DNA of 61,625 nt, counting the filler, from Sanchytrium tribonematis (taxonomy: Eukaryota), in NCBI GenBank assembly GCA_018985235.1. It is 10 parts of 10 records of this genome, joined end to end, with 100 filler letters (N's around TTAATTAATTAA, not from the genome) between each part and the next. Parts side by side here need not be neighbours in the genome. Positions count along the whole stretch, not along the records: positions 49,272 to 53,328 come from JADGIG010000764.1; positions 53,429 to 57,483 come from JADGIG010000765.1; positions 57,584 to 61,625 come from JADGIG010000766.1; 7 more parts are not named here. One strand, 5' to 3'. Below are positions 52,986 to 61,625 of the stretch, in pieces. The position numbers and the translations under genes are program-made. Every line of letters begins with the position of its first letter. Within the stretch, counting starts at the first letter, position 1. The notes beneath the pieces are model-generated. The model saw nothing but the letters and a program-made list of their open reading frames with translations. It did no database searches and was not told where the DNA came from.

Positions 52986-53609
52986 CTGATTGTGTCGAGA
53001 TAATTTCTTTTCGATGTTTGATCATACCAAATTCTTGACGCTTAAAATGTTTAATCATTAAATTCTTCAGAATTTTGTTTTTCAATCCATTTATTTAAAT
53101 ATCTTTTAGTAACAATTAATTGATTTGCATAACATTAAATTATAATTAATGTGACTCAAATGTAAATGAATTCCAAGATGGTTTGAGATGCGGAATAAAT
53201 GTGTAGAACTATATGGGCTGTAATAACTGAGTCTGATGGCTCATATAACTTATATTGGTTCATATTTGCAAAATATGAATGTTCTTTGTTTATTGGTGAC
53301 TCAACACAAAGCTGCTTCGAGGTATTCCNNNNNNNNNNNNNNNNNNNNNNNNNNNNNNNNNNNNNNNNNNNNTTAATTAATTAANNNNNNNNNNNNNNNN
53401 NNNNNNNNNNNNNNNNNNNNNNNNNNNNCTACCTTACGATAAATATGGGAATTGTAGTAGCCTATTATCACATTATCTTCAACATCATGCAAAATATCGA
53501 TTTCTGAAGGAAATTTTTTATCTCGAGGAATGTTCTAAGCCACTAATATTTTGATTGGACGATGTCGATTAATAAACAGCAAACCCTTTTTCGAACCAAA
53601 AAACTTGTG

Positions 53610-54897
53610 ATGGGAAATTATATATCCATAAATGACAGGGATAGATTATTTCACACCAGACTAAGCAGACGTCAAAGTGGTAGATTGTCTGTGAAAACAA
53701 CGTTTCTGGGTTCGCACAACAAGATAGCAGCAACTCCGCCCCTTTCATCTACCCCAATTCTTGGAGAAGAATTATCACCAACTCCAATTGATTCATCCAA
53801 TAGCGATATCAAGGTTAAAAAAATAAGTCCTGTACTTTACAATTATGACACTGCACCAACTGTTCCAACAACACCAACATTAATGATGAAGCAAAAAGTA
53901 GAGAAGAGTCAAGTACCTTCGGATATGGAATTATTGAGAAATGCTTTGAAAAATGCACAGCACAAAAAGCGCTCTAGAAAGTGCAATTCAACTTCAACTA
54001 TATTTTTACAATATACGCTGTATAAAGGATCTATACCGAACTCCATTCGCCAGATTTCAAACAGAATTGTAGAAATTTTAGCTCAAAATGAGATTCTGGA
54101 AGTCTTAAAATCAAATCAATTACTAGATGAAGGATTATACCCATTAGATGCTAATATCCGCTACTCTAGTCCACACGTTCTTCCAAAGCCTGATGAGGTG
54201 GAGAGATTTCTTCTTCCATTGTTTTTAAGTTCACAACTTTCTGCTGAAGCAGCAATTATCTTTTACATTTATTTGGAAAGAACAATCAGACACAGCGAAG
54301 TGACTTTTTCTTGTGCGAATTGGGCGAGATGGCTCCTAGGAGCCGCCATTATGACGTCAAAAGTTTGGGAAGATCAAGCCGTATGGAATGTCGACTTTTG
54401 TCAGCTATTTCCAAATTTGGACGTTGGGGACCTGTAACTTTTACTGACTTAGCTCAAAGCTAGAGGTTTTTATGTTTTCAAGTCTACATTACGACATTAC
54501 GGTAAAACCTTCGTTATTCGCTCAAACGTTTTTTGAGCTATCCCAAATTGACTCAGAGGAACAAGCAAAAAGGTCATTCGGAGCGATTCCAATATCGCAT
54601 CGAGATGCTAGCAGGCGTGAGATTCTGTCTTCTACATATTGCGACTATTTAAAAGATATGTTCCCAAAGACAGAAGTCAATTGGGACCAGCTCGTGACTA
54701 TGTACGAAAATGATTTGAGAGAACGAGCTGCAAGAAATATTGTTGCTGGATCATTAAGTCAGCCAAAATTAGAACAGGAAGAAGAAGATGTGGTAGATTC
54801 GCAATCTGTTGTTCTGCAAAGAAAATGGATAAAGTTAATTAAGGCAAAAAGTGATAGTCTTTTTGAGCCAAGAATAGTTCCTGCTGTTATAATGTAA
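53610..54897 (+). CDS. CCNY: Cyclin Y-like (intron 54434..54452)
   Basis: MGNYIS myristoylation-like start; NSTSTI; QLSAE..IYLER..NWAR..SKVWEDQAVWNVDFC; spliced DLSKLE..VKPSLFAQTFFEL. Confidence 0.88.
54434..54452 (+). other. 19-nt spliceosomal intron GTAACTTTTACTGACTTAG
   Basis: Canonical CTGAC branch site with A at -6; restores the cyclin box. Confidence 0.92.
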
Positions 54898-54939
54898 AAC
54901 ATCCTAATAAATCATTTTAACAATTAAATTACACTTTCC

Positions 54940-56748
54940 TTGTTTCCAATTGCATTCATGTTTGACATCAATTGTGAAATAATATATCAAATCCAATTAA
55001 ATTCAAAAAAAAGACTCAGCATAGTTTCTCTTCAAAATGACAAGGCTGTAAAAATGCATAAAATTGAGAAAACTTTTAGCAAAAGAAGTTCGGAAAAGCT
55101 TAAAATTGAAATTTTAAGTTACAGTTGCAAGTTAAATTTAAGCAGACACTTAGTTCTTCAACCGTCCGTTTATAGAATTCGCTGCTTGGATTCTTTGTCA
55201 TGTAGATCAGATTTATCTGGAGTGGAATCACCATATTTTACAAGCACCACGGAACAATTGCCTGATATGAATTATTACAAAATAACATCCTTTAGATACT
55301 GCTTGAGTCCCAAATCTCTGTTGATAGAGTACTTGGAAAAGTACTCTTTCTCTAGCGACAATTGGTTTCGAGAGACATTAATGACTGCAATACTGAGAGC
55401 ATGTAAATCGACAGGAATCAATTCCCTTCTATTTTTGTTTGGAAACTCGGTATTAGAGGGCAAATTGGGCAATTTAAAAATTGATGTTGAAAACGTTCTA
55501 GATAAATTTGGATATGTCATGGATAAAGCCTTCGTTGAACATTTTTTAAGGGCAGAAATGAAGAATCTTAGCTTCAACTCGACTAGAGATGCACTCTGTA
55601 TTATATGCTACAGAGCTTTTTGCTCTCATATGGTTACAAGCTATGGATTGACTACTTCTTCCACCATTGCCCCTAAAAAAGTAGTTCCAAAATGCAAATA
55701 TTTTTGTGGCAACAATTGCTATGCATCAAAGCGAGAATTTGATAAAGAAAAAATATTTAAATTCGTTAAGTCGTCAGAATTCACTTCGCCTGAAATGATT
55801 CATTTAATTTCCGCTCTAAATGGAAGCTGTGAAATATCAAATATTTTAAAAATCCCATGCCACATTTTATTTGAGTTCTACTCTTGCGTTAAGGGCAAAG
55901 ATTTTCCTTTTCTACAAGTTGTGATAAACAAAAAGGAAAAGGAGACACGTCGAGATAGCAAATTAATCACAGTTCAAAATACGAATTACGCTTGGGAAAG
56001 AAACCCCCTTAGTCGCAATAGGGACCAAATCTGTCAAAGAAATGTTCCAAAGAAGCCGCTTCATATATGTGTATCTACATGTGAAATCAATGGAGGAAAC
56101 ACATATTTTGCCGGCTGTGACTGCTACGATTTTTGCGGTAGTGCTTGTATTTGCCTTCAAAACAGATTTGAATGCGATCCATCTAAATGCAGGTGCTGTA
56201 ATATTGAGGATGACAAACTTTCTTTTAACATTCTGTTGGGCGATTCAAGATGTAAAAATTTAAATTTGTCTCGAGAATTAATATTGAAATTGGAGCCATT
56301 TAATTCTGAGCTACATGGTCTAGGATTAAGAAGCATGCAAAGCATTCCCAAATATGGTTTTATTGGATTTTATTCTGGCGAGCTGCGATTAATCGAAGAA
56401 GCAGATATATTTTTTAATATCAATCGAGTGCTTACAGAAGAGGAAATTAAACGATCAAATCACAGAAAAGCAGTTTTTAAGAATGCCGTCAATCAAATTT
56501 ATTTTCAAAACATACTGTCTTATAAGTTTACTTTATCAGAGCTTTTTGAAGTAGATGCTAAATTTTTCGGAAATGAACTTAGGTTCGCAAATGAATCTAG
56601 AGATGTGGTGAATTCTGAGCCGAAATATTTAAACACAGCTACTGGAAATACTTTGATCGGATTATACGCACAAAAACGAATTTCAGCTGGAGAGGAAATT
56701 ATTTTTGACTACGGAGATGCCTTTAAATCCACTAGAGAAAATTACTAA
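54940..56748 (+). CDS. EZH: Enhancer-of-zeste-like CXC-SET histone methyltransferase
   Basis: CIICYRAFC, CGNNCY, SANT-like segment, CXC ..ECDPSKCRCC, SET GLGL..YSGE..GNELRFANES..GEEIIFDY; start uncertain. Confidence 0.8.
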   Translation: MFPIAFMFDINCEIIYQIQLNSKKRLSIVSLQNDKAVKMHKIEKTFSKRSSEKLKIEILSYSCKLNLSRHLVLQPSVYRIRCLDSLSCRSDLSGVESPYFTSTTEQLPDMNYYKITSFRYCLSPKSLLIEYLEKYSFSSDNWFRETLMTAILRACKSTGINSLLFLFGNSVLEGKLGNLKIDVENVLDKFGYVMDKAFVEHFLRAEMKNLSFNSTRDALCIICYRAFCSHMVTSYGLTTSSTIAPKKVVPKCKYFCGNNCYASKREFDKEKIFKFVKSSEFTSPEMIHLISALNGSCEISNILKIPCHILFEFYSCVKGKDFPFLQVVINKKEKETRRDSKLITVQNTNYAWERNPLSRNRDQICQRNVPKKPLHICVSTCEINGGNTYFAGCDCYDFCGSACICLQNRFECDPSKCRCCNIEDDKLSFNILLGDSRCKNLNLSRELILKLEPFNSELHGLGLRSMQSIPKYGFIGFYSGELRLIEEADIFFNINRVLTEEEIKRSNHRKAVFKNAVNQIYFQNILSYKFTLSELFEVDAKFFGNELRFANESRDVVNSEPKYLNTATGNTLIGLYAQKRISAGEEIIFDYGDAFKSTRENY

Positions 56749-57483
56749 AGTGTGATTGCATCTTCACTACTTCATTGGTTGTGCAATTATGTAATAGATC
56801 AACTTTTGACAACTCAGGGTCTGAAATTGAATTGATTTCTCGCTCGCAAAAACTGGATAATCCTGAAAGACCATATCCGGTATGGTAATAATCTGCTCCC
56901 TTGTTCGGCTTGTCTCGAAATCCACCACCTCTTTTTACTGGATTATCTGATGCTTGATCTCTAATTGGAGAAGCACTTACGACTAATATATATAGTTTCA
57001 TTCTATCAAAAACACTTATTTTGGGGAAGCGACTTGAAAGACAATCAAGATTCGATACTCTTTCGCCTGTTGGGAATACATTTAAAAGAATAATTAACGA
57101 ACCAACCCAATAGGAATAGCAGACATCTACAAGCTTGTTCGCGCGACCTGAAAAACCGCCACTCCAGTCTAGTCTCAACGCACACCATTTTTTCAGCCTT
57201 TTCATATTTATAATTTTAGCAACATCGGTCAAATTTAGATGTGAAGCAATTTCAGGATTACATTCAGCGCTCCATTTTTGAAGATACAGGAGACTTAAAA
57301 TCGCACAATTGGTGTACCCTCCATGTGACTCAAGTCCAGGCATGGACCCAAATCCACCTTCGTGAGTCTGGCAATCAGAAAGAAATTTGTCAGCATTTGC
57401 AACTAACAGCTTAAATTTATCAGCATATCTGGGCTCTTTATGCACTTGCAATAAATCAAGTACTGAAAAAACGCAATACGTTC
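56732..57483 (-). CDS. RAM1: Protein farnesyltransferase beta subunit, 5'-truncated
   Basis: CQTHEGG..ESHGGYT.C; GRANKLVDVCYSYW; GGFRDKP...DYYHT.Y.LSGLS. Confidence 0.88.
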
Positions 57484-57583
57484 NNNNNNNNNNNNNNNNN
57501 NNNNNNNNNNNNNNNNNNNNNNNNNNNTTAATTAATTAANNNNNNNNNNNNNNNNNNNNNNNNNNNNNNNNNNNNNNNNNNNN

Positions 57584-58180
57584 TACGAGAAATTGAAAAA
57601 AGATAATATGATCAAGACTGGGCTTGAAAAACCTACAATAACTGGCATTACTTATGCTGCAGTTATTGCTGACTTGTGCTCTTCTATTGTAAAGGTTCCA
57701 AGGGAAGTCGTGACCACTAACATGCAGATCAATGGCACTAATTTCGGTGATACTGTAAGACACGTGCTTAAGGTCAAAGGCCCTTTGGGATTGTTTACAG
57801 GGACTGTTAGTACAAGTCTAAGAGACTCTCCATTTATGGTTTTATTGTTTATATCTTACGAACTTTTACAGAGTCAACTTGAGGATGTGTTTTATAAGAC
57901 TCATGAAAAGCACCATATATGGATTAATGCTTTGATAGGAAGTACTGCGGGCGGCATTGCTGGTGGCCTTACAACACCTTTCGATGTGATAAGAACAAAT
58001 GCTATGATTTCTTTAACATCGACTGGCAAAACCACAAGTAATTTATATAAAGAGGGCGGTGTGAAAATTTTCTTTCGAGGATTCGCAGCACGATCGATAT
58101 GGTGGATGGGAGTTTGTGGTGTATTCTTTCCATTGTACGAGAAATTTAAAAATTATTATATAATTGATGAAAATAAATAA
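57584..58180 (+). CDS. Mitochondrial carrier (SAM-carrier-like), 5'-truncated
   Basis: VKVPREVV, RDSPF, TTPFDVIRT, F.GF.AR..W. Confidence 0.8.
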   Translation, partial: YEKLKKDNMIKTGLEKPTITGITYAAVIADLCSSIVKVPREVVTTNMQINGTNFGDTVRHVLKVKGPLGLFTGTVSTSLRDSPFMVLLFISYELLQSQLEDVFYKTHEKHHIWINALIGSTAGGIAGGLTTPFDVIRTNAMISLTSTGKTTSNLYKEGGVKIFFRGFAARSIWWMGVCGVFFPLYEKFKNYYIIDENK

Positions 58181-58267
58181 AATTCTAGTTCCTTCAATAT
58201 TTCAAAAGTAAACTTTTATTTTATTTCCTTAAAAGAAGATTATATAAATCTGAAACAAAAATTTTAA

Positions 58268-59695
58268 ATGTTGAGAGGTAAAGCGATTTCTGCAGGCAGG
58301 CCCAATATTAACTTGAAATGGGTAACAGGGGCCTTGATGGTTGTCTCTGGCTTAACGTTTATGAAATTCAACGGAGCTTCCAACGAGGTAGTTGTTGATC
58401 CAATAGAAAACTACAAGCCTGTATTCAAAAAACATGGAGTATGGCATCTCTTTAATTATCAAAGGGATCTGCTAGACATTAGAAAACCTTTAGAAAGTCA
58501 ACTGTTTGAGTTTCCAGATTCGGAAAAGTTTGACTCGGTAGATTTAGATTTAGTTAAAAGATTGTTGGTGAAATATGAGAGCAAATCAGAGATGATTCAA
58601 ATTAAGGCTGGAAAAGGATCTGGGATTGTAATTTGCGGACATGATGGAGTCATCATGGAATTGTTGGCCCTTACTACTTATGTCAGAAAGTATTCTGATA
58701 TTCCAATTGAAATCTATCATGCAGAAGATTTAAGTAAAAAGAATCAAGGATTTTTCAAACTATTGAAGAATATCAAGTTTATAAATTTAAAAAAGAACCA
58801 TCTCTATAGTTCAAAAGATTTAGGAAAAGATCCTAGAAAATATTATATCAAACCACTAGCGATGCTCAGCACTCATTTTGAACATGTAATTTACCTAGAC
58901 TCAGATGCGTTCCCTTTATTGCATTTAGACAATCTTGTTTTAGAAAAGACATTCAAATATTTGAATGTTGTAGATATGTTATTATTTAGAGATTATTGGA
59001 TGATGCACGATACAAATCCGGTGTACGATTTGTTTGGACGCGGTTACTTTGCACAGAGACAAGCCGACTCAGGAATTGTAGTATTTAAAAAATCGAAAAC
59101 AATTAATGTACTTTTGTTGTCTTATTTTATTTCAGCCGAGGGATATTTTGATAAGCTTTTTTTTGGAGATAAGGATACCTTTGCTTTTGCCAATGCTTAT
59201 TTGCAACATAATAACAAGGAGCACTCAAAGCTGTACATGAATATGGAGATGGTTGGATACTTGGGAGACAGTATCCATGATATGGGAATGCTCCATGTGA
59301 TCGATGGTGATCCATTTTTCGCGCATATGAATGGAATAAAATTTATGTTAGAGCATTGGAAAGAGTACGGAATTGATGTTTTACAGCGCTCATTCGAAAA
59401 TTTAAGTGGATTAATGATAAAATCCAATATGGATAATTTGGACGACGATTATTCTCAACAATTTATGGCTTATAGACACAGACAATTGGATTTGTTAAAT
59501 CATGGGTGGATCCCTGTTGATGGTAAAGTTTTATTTTCCTTTTACTCCAAGGCACATAATGTAATTGCTGATGATGGTAAAACTTTTTATTTTTGGCTTA
59601 AATGGGGATCTTATTGTGTAGCTGTTAGCGTAGGGTCCATTGCTTTTGTACTCTATTTCTTAAATAAGGGAATTAGACATCGAAAAATAAATTGA
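58268..59695 (+). CDS. GT71 alpha-mannosyltransferase (Mnn2/Mnn1-like)
   Basis: IKPLAML..FEHVIYLDSD, DYW, DSGIVV..K, GDKDTF; TM at both ends. Confidence 0.85.
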   Translation: MLRGKAISAGRPNINLKWVTGALMVVSGLTFMKFNGASNEVVVDPIENYKPVFKKHGVWHLFNYQRDLLDIRKPLESQLFEFPDSEKFDSVDLDLVKRLLVKYESKSEMIQIKAGKGSGIVICGHDGVIMELLALTTYVRKYSDIPIEIYHAEDLSKKNQGFFKLLKNIKFINLKKNHLYSSKDLGKDPRKYYIKPLAMLSTHFEHVIYLDSDAFPLLHLDNLVLEKTFKYLNVVDMLLFRDYWMMHDTNPVYDLFGRGYFAQRQADSGIVVFKKSKTINVLLLSYFISAEGYFDKLFFGDKDTFAFANAYLQHNNKEHSKLYMNMEMVGYLGDSIHDMGMLHVIDGDPFFAHMNGIKFMLEHWKEYGIDVLQRSFENLSGLMIKSNMDNLDDDYSQQFMAYRHRQLDLLNHGWIPVDGKVLFSFYSKAHNVIADDGKTFYFWLKWGSYCVAVSVGSIAFVLYFLNKGIRHRKIN

Positions 59696-59904
59696 TGTTT
59701 TACAGCCTTAACTTTTATCTCATTACAGAATCAACTGGGCACCATAATCGGAACTAATTTATTTCGATTTCTGTTTCTCACATTATTGACATAATCCAAT
59801 GAAAAGATTTGACGACATATTGGCGTAGGCAAGGGCAAAGAAACTAGCTATTTAATTTCAGGTTGCTTATTGAGGGGAAATTTGAAACTGCAAATTTAAC
59901 TAAA

Positions 59905-61625
59905 ATGCTTCCAAATGAGAAACTTTATACAATGAGCAAGCATGGGATCAGTCCAAGCCAAGCTCGTCAAATAAATTTATTAAATAGATCACAATCATTA
60001 ATAACAAACACCAAAAAACAAAAAAATAAACCTGATGAAGGGAATATGTATTATGATCCAAGACACAACCGATTGCATCAATGGGCCATACGGTATACAC
60101 TAGGCGCTAAGCAAGTCGATGATAATATCCAAGTAAGAACCAAAAAAGATCCTGTTCCTTTAAAACGAACGAAAAGTATTTTAAAAAGAGTTACTGAAGA
60201 AAAACATACTTCTCAATCTACTAGCATACAATACCCAACGACTACTGTCGATTTGCTTCAAAGCGGAGATACTATTGACGACTATAAAATTTTAAAATGT
60301 GTTGGTAGAGGCGGTTTCGGAAATGTATATTCTGCCCAAATGAAAAAAAGACTGGGCGGATTCGATCAAACGGAAGTTGCTATCAAAGTTGTTTTGAATC
60401 ATGCCTATGTTTTAGACCATTCTGACAACTCCGCTGACAAAATGGATGCTCATGTGCAACATGAATTATTAATATGGCGTCAACTGTCTCATCCGCATCT
60501 GTTACCATTAATTGAAGTCATGCATACCAATGAAGCAGTTTTTCTAGTTATGGAATTAATGCAAGGGAATTTACTACAATTTATAAAAGATGTTTGCAAA
60601 AGAAAAACCGAAAACGTGCTTTCAGGGATGGAAAGGCGATCTAGTGTTTCTGGTTACGATAGACCTAAGACATCGTGGCAGGTCGGCTCCTATAGTAATA
60701 ATTTGTTGAATGATGTTTTGAAAAACTTTTCTCCAAAAGCCTCTACTCTAGACAGGCCAGGCACCAGCACATATTCTAGTAATCCACAGGATTGGTTTTC
60801 TGCTTCTCCATCTTTAGAACACTCACCCATGCATATGGGTGACAATGTTAAAAAAGAGCCCTTGAACGGTATGAATGAAGCTTATTGTAGGATAATGTTT
60901 TGCCAACTTTTATCAGCAATTCTTTATCTTCATGAAGATCAAGGCATAATTCACAAAGATTTAAAATTAGACAACATTCTTGTTACCAAATACCAAGTCA
61001 AAGATGATGAATATCGTATCGTTTGTAAAATATGCGATTTTGGTCTTAGCTCTATATTAGATGCAGAGGCTGAGAGAATTTTAAACATTATTGAAAAAGT
61101 AGAAAGTCTTCTTACAGATCCTGAGACTGGTAAGATATATCCAGTATCAGAAGAAGCTCCTATGAAATCTTATGGGAGTTTTAGTAGTATCTCTTCCTCT
61201 TTAACATCACCTACCGTACCCTCAAAACATTTTAAAAGAAAGATACCTGCATCTATCGAGCAAAAATTAAGAGATTTTTTAAATGCTTGCCCTGTTTATA
61301 CCGAGAGCAGAGCAACAGGTAGTCTAGAATATTGTGCTCCTGAAGAATTGATGAACAAGCTCGCTTTGATTGATGATCTCGTCTTAGGCAAAGTTGTTTC
61401 GGTTCCAGCATCACCCAAGGTCACAGAAAATGAAACGCCTCTTCAAAGGACAGATTCTAATAGAAATTTGTGGCAATTATATGATAGAAGGGTGAGTTCG
61501 ACCCCTCAACTCAACGAAAAACGCAGTCAGTCTGAATTTCACAATCCTAATTCGCCATATACCAGTGACAGAAAGTCTTTGATTCGAAAATTTTTGACTG
61601 GGGCTGATATTTGGTCACTCGGTGA
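59905..61625 (+). CDS. Ser/Thr protein kinase (Nnk1-like) with long inserts, 3'-truncated; absent from the ORF track
   Basis: GRGGFG, VAIK, HELLIWRQLSHPHLLPL, HKDLKLDN, DFG, GSLEYCAPE, ADIWSLG. Confidence 0.9.
   Translation, partial: MLPNEKLYTMSKHGISPSQARQINLLNRSQSLITNTKKQKNKPDEGNMYYDPRHNRLHQWAIRYTLGAKQVDDNIQVRTKKDPVPLKRTKSILKRVTEEKHTSQSTSIQYPTTTVDLLQSGDTIDDYKILKCVGRGGFGNVYSAQMKKRLGGFDQTEVAIKVVLNHAYVLDHSDNSADKMDAHVQHELLIWRQLSHPHLLPLIEVMHTNEAVFLVMELMQGNLLQFIKDVCKRKTENVLSGMERRSSVSGYDRPKTSWQVGSYSNNLLNDVLKNFSPKASTLDRPGTSTYSSNPQDWFSASPSLEHSPMHMGDNVKKEPLNGMNEAYCRIMFCQLLSAILYLHEDQGIIHKDLKLDNILVTKYQVKDDEYRIVCKICDFGLSSILDAEAERILNIIEKVESLLTDPETGKIYPVSEEAPMKSYGSFSSISSSLTSPTVPSKHFKRKIPASIEQKLRDFLNACPVYTESRATGSLEYCAPEELMNKLALIDDLVLGKVVSVPASPKVTENETPLQRTDSNRNLWQLYDRRVSSTPQLNEKRSQSEFHNPNSPYTSDRKSLIRKFLTGADIWSLG

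Noticed and set aside
23956..57583. Regularly spaced TTAATTAATTAA in N runs as a biological repeat or CRISPR-like array
   Set aside because: Synthetic six-frame-stop linker; the roughly 4.1-kb spacing reflects size-sorted contigs
1..61625. rRNA, tRNA or prokaryotic defence systems
   Set aside because: None recognisable by eye; content is eukaryotic protein-coding DNA. A covariance-model search was not possible

Overview
AT-rich, very gene-dense eukaryotic DNA, not prokaryotic. It is a concatenation of 10 contigs joined by synthetic N44-TTAATTAATTAA-N44 six-frame-stop linkers: one of at least 24 kb, then nine of about 4.1 kb in descending length, so adjacency across linkers is meaningless. 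Gene content points to an early-diverging, flagellated, probably parasitic fungus (sanchytrid/chytrid-like; inference). It includes an OFD1-like centriole protein, a CNG channel, cyclin Y, E(z), a MyTH4-FERM protein, a Boi-type SH3-SAM-PH protein, a GT71 mannosyltransferase, hevein domains and LRR surface proteins. The top finding is an ultra-short spliceosomal intron system: seven 19-nt and one 20-nt GT..AG introns, all starting GTA, ending YTTAG and carrying an invariant A at -6. Removing them restores conserved motifs in AAC, RapGAP, OPT, CNG and cyclin Y, and restores frame and a plausible C-terminus in XRN1, OFD1-like and an LRR gene. Other highlights are a Ty3/Gypsy pol with a PHD finger between RNase H and integrase, a lineage-specific secreted single-TM family with a conserved tail motif and promoter, a zipper-only microprotein beside AP-1/Gcn4 sites, two divergent genes sharing one CATG start palindrome, an E(z) with NHS->NES, and hAT-MITE, Harbinger and pogo relics.
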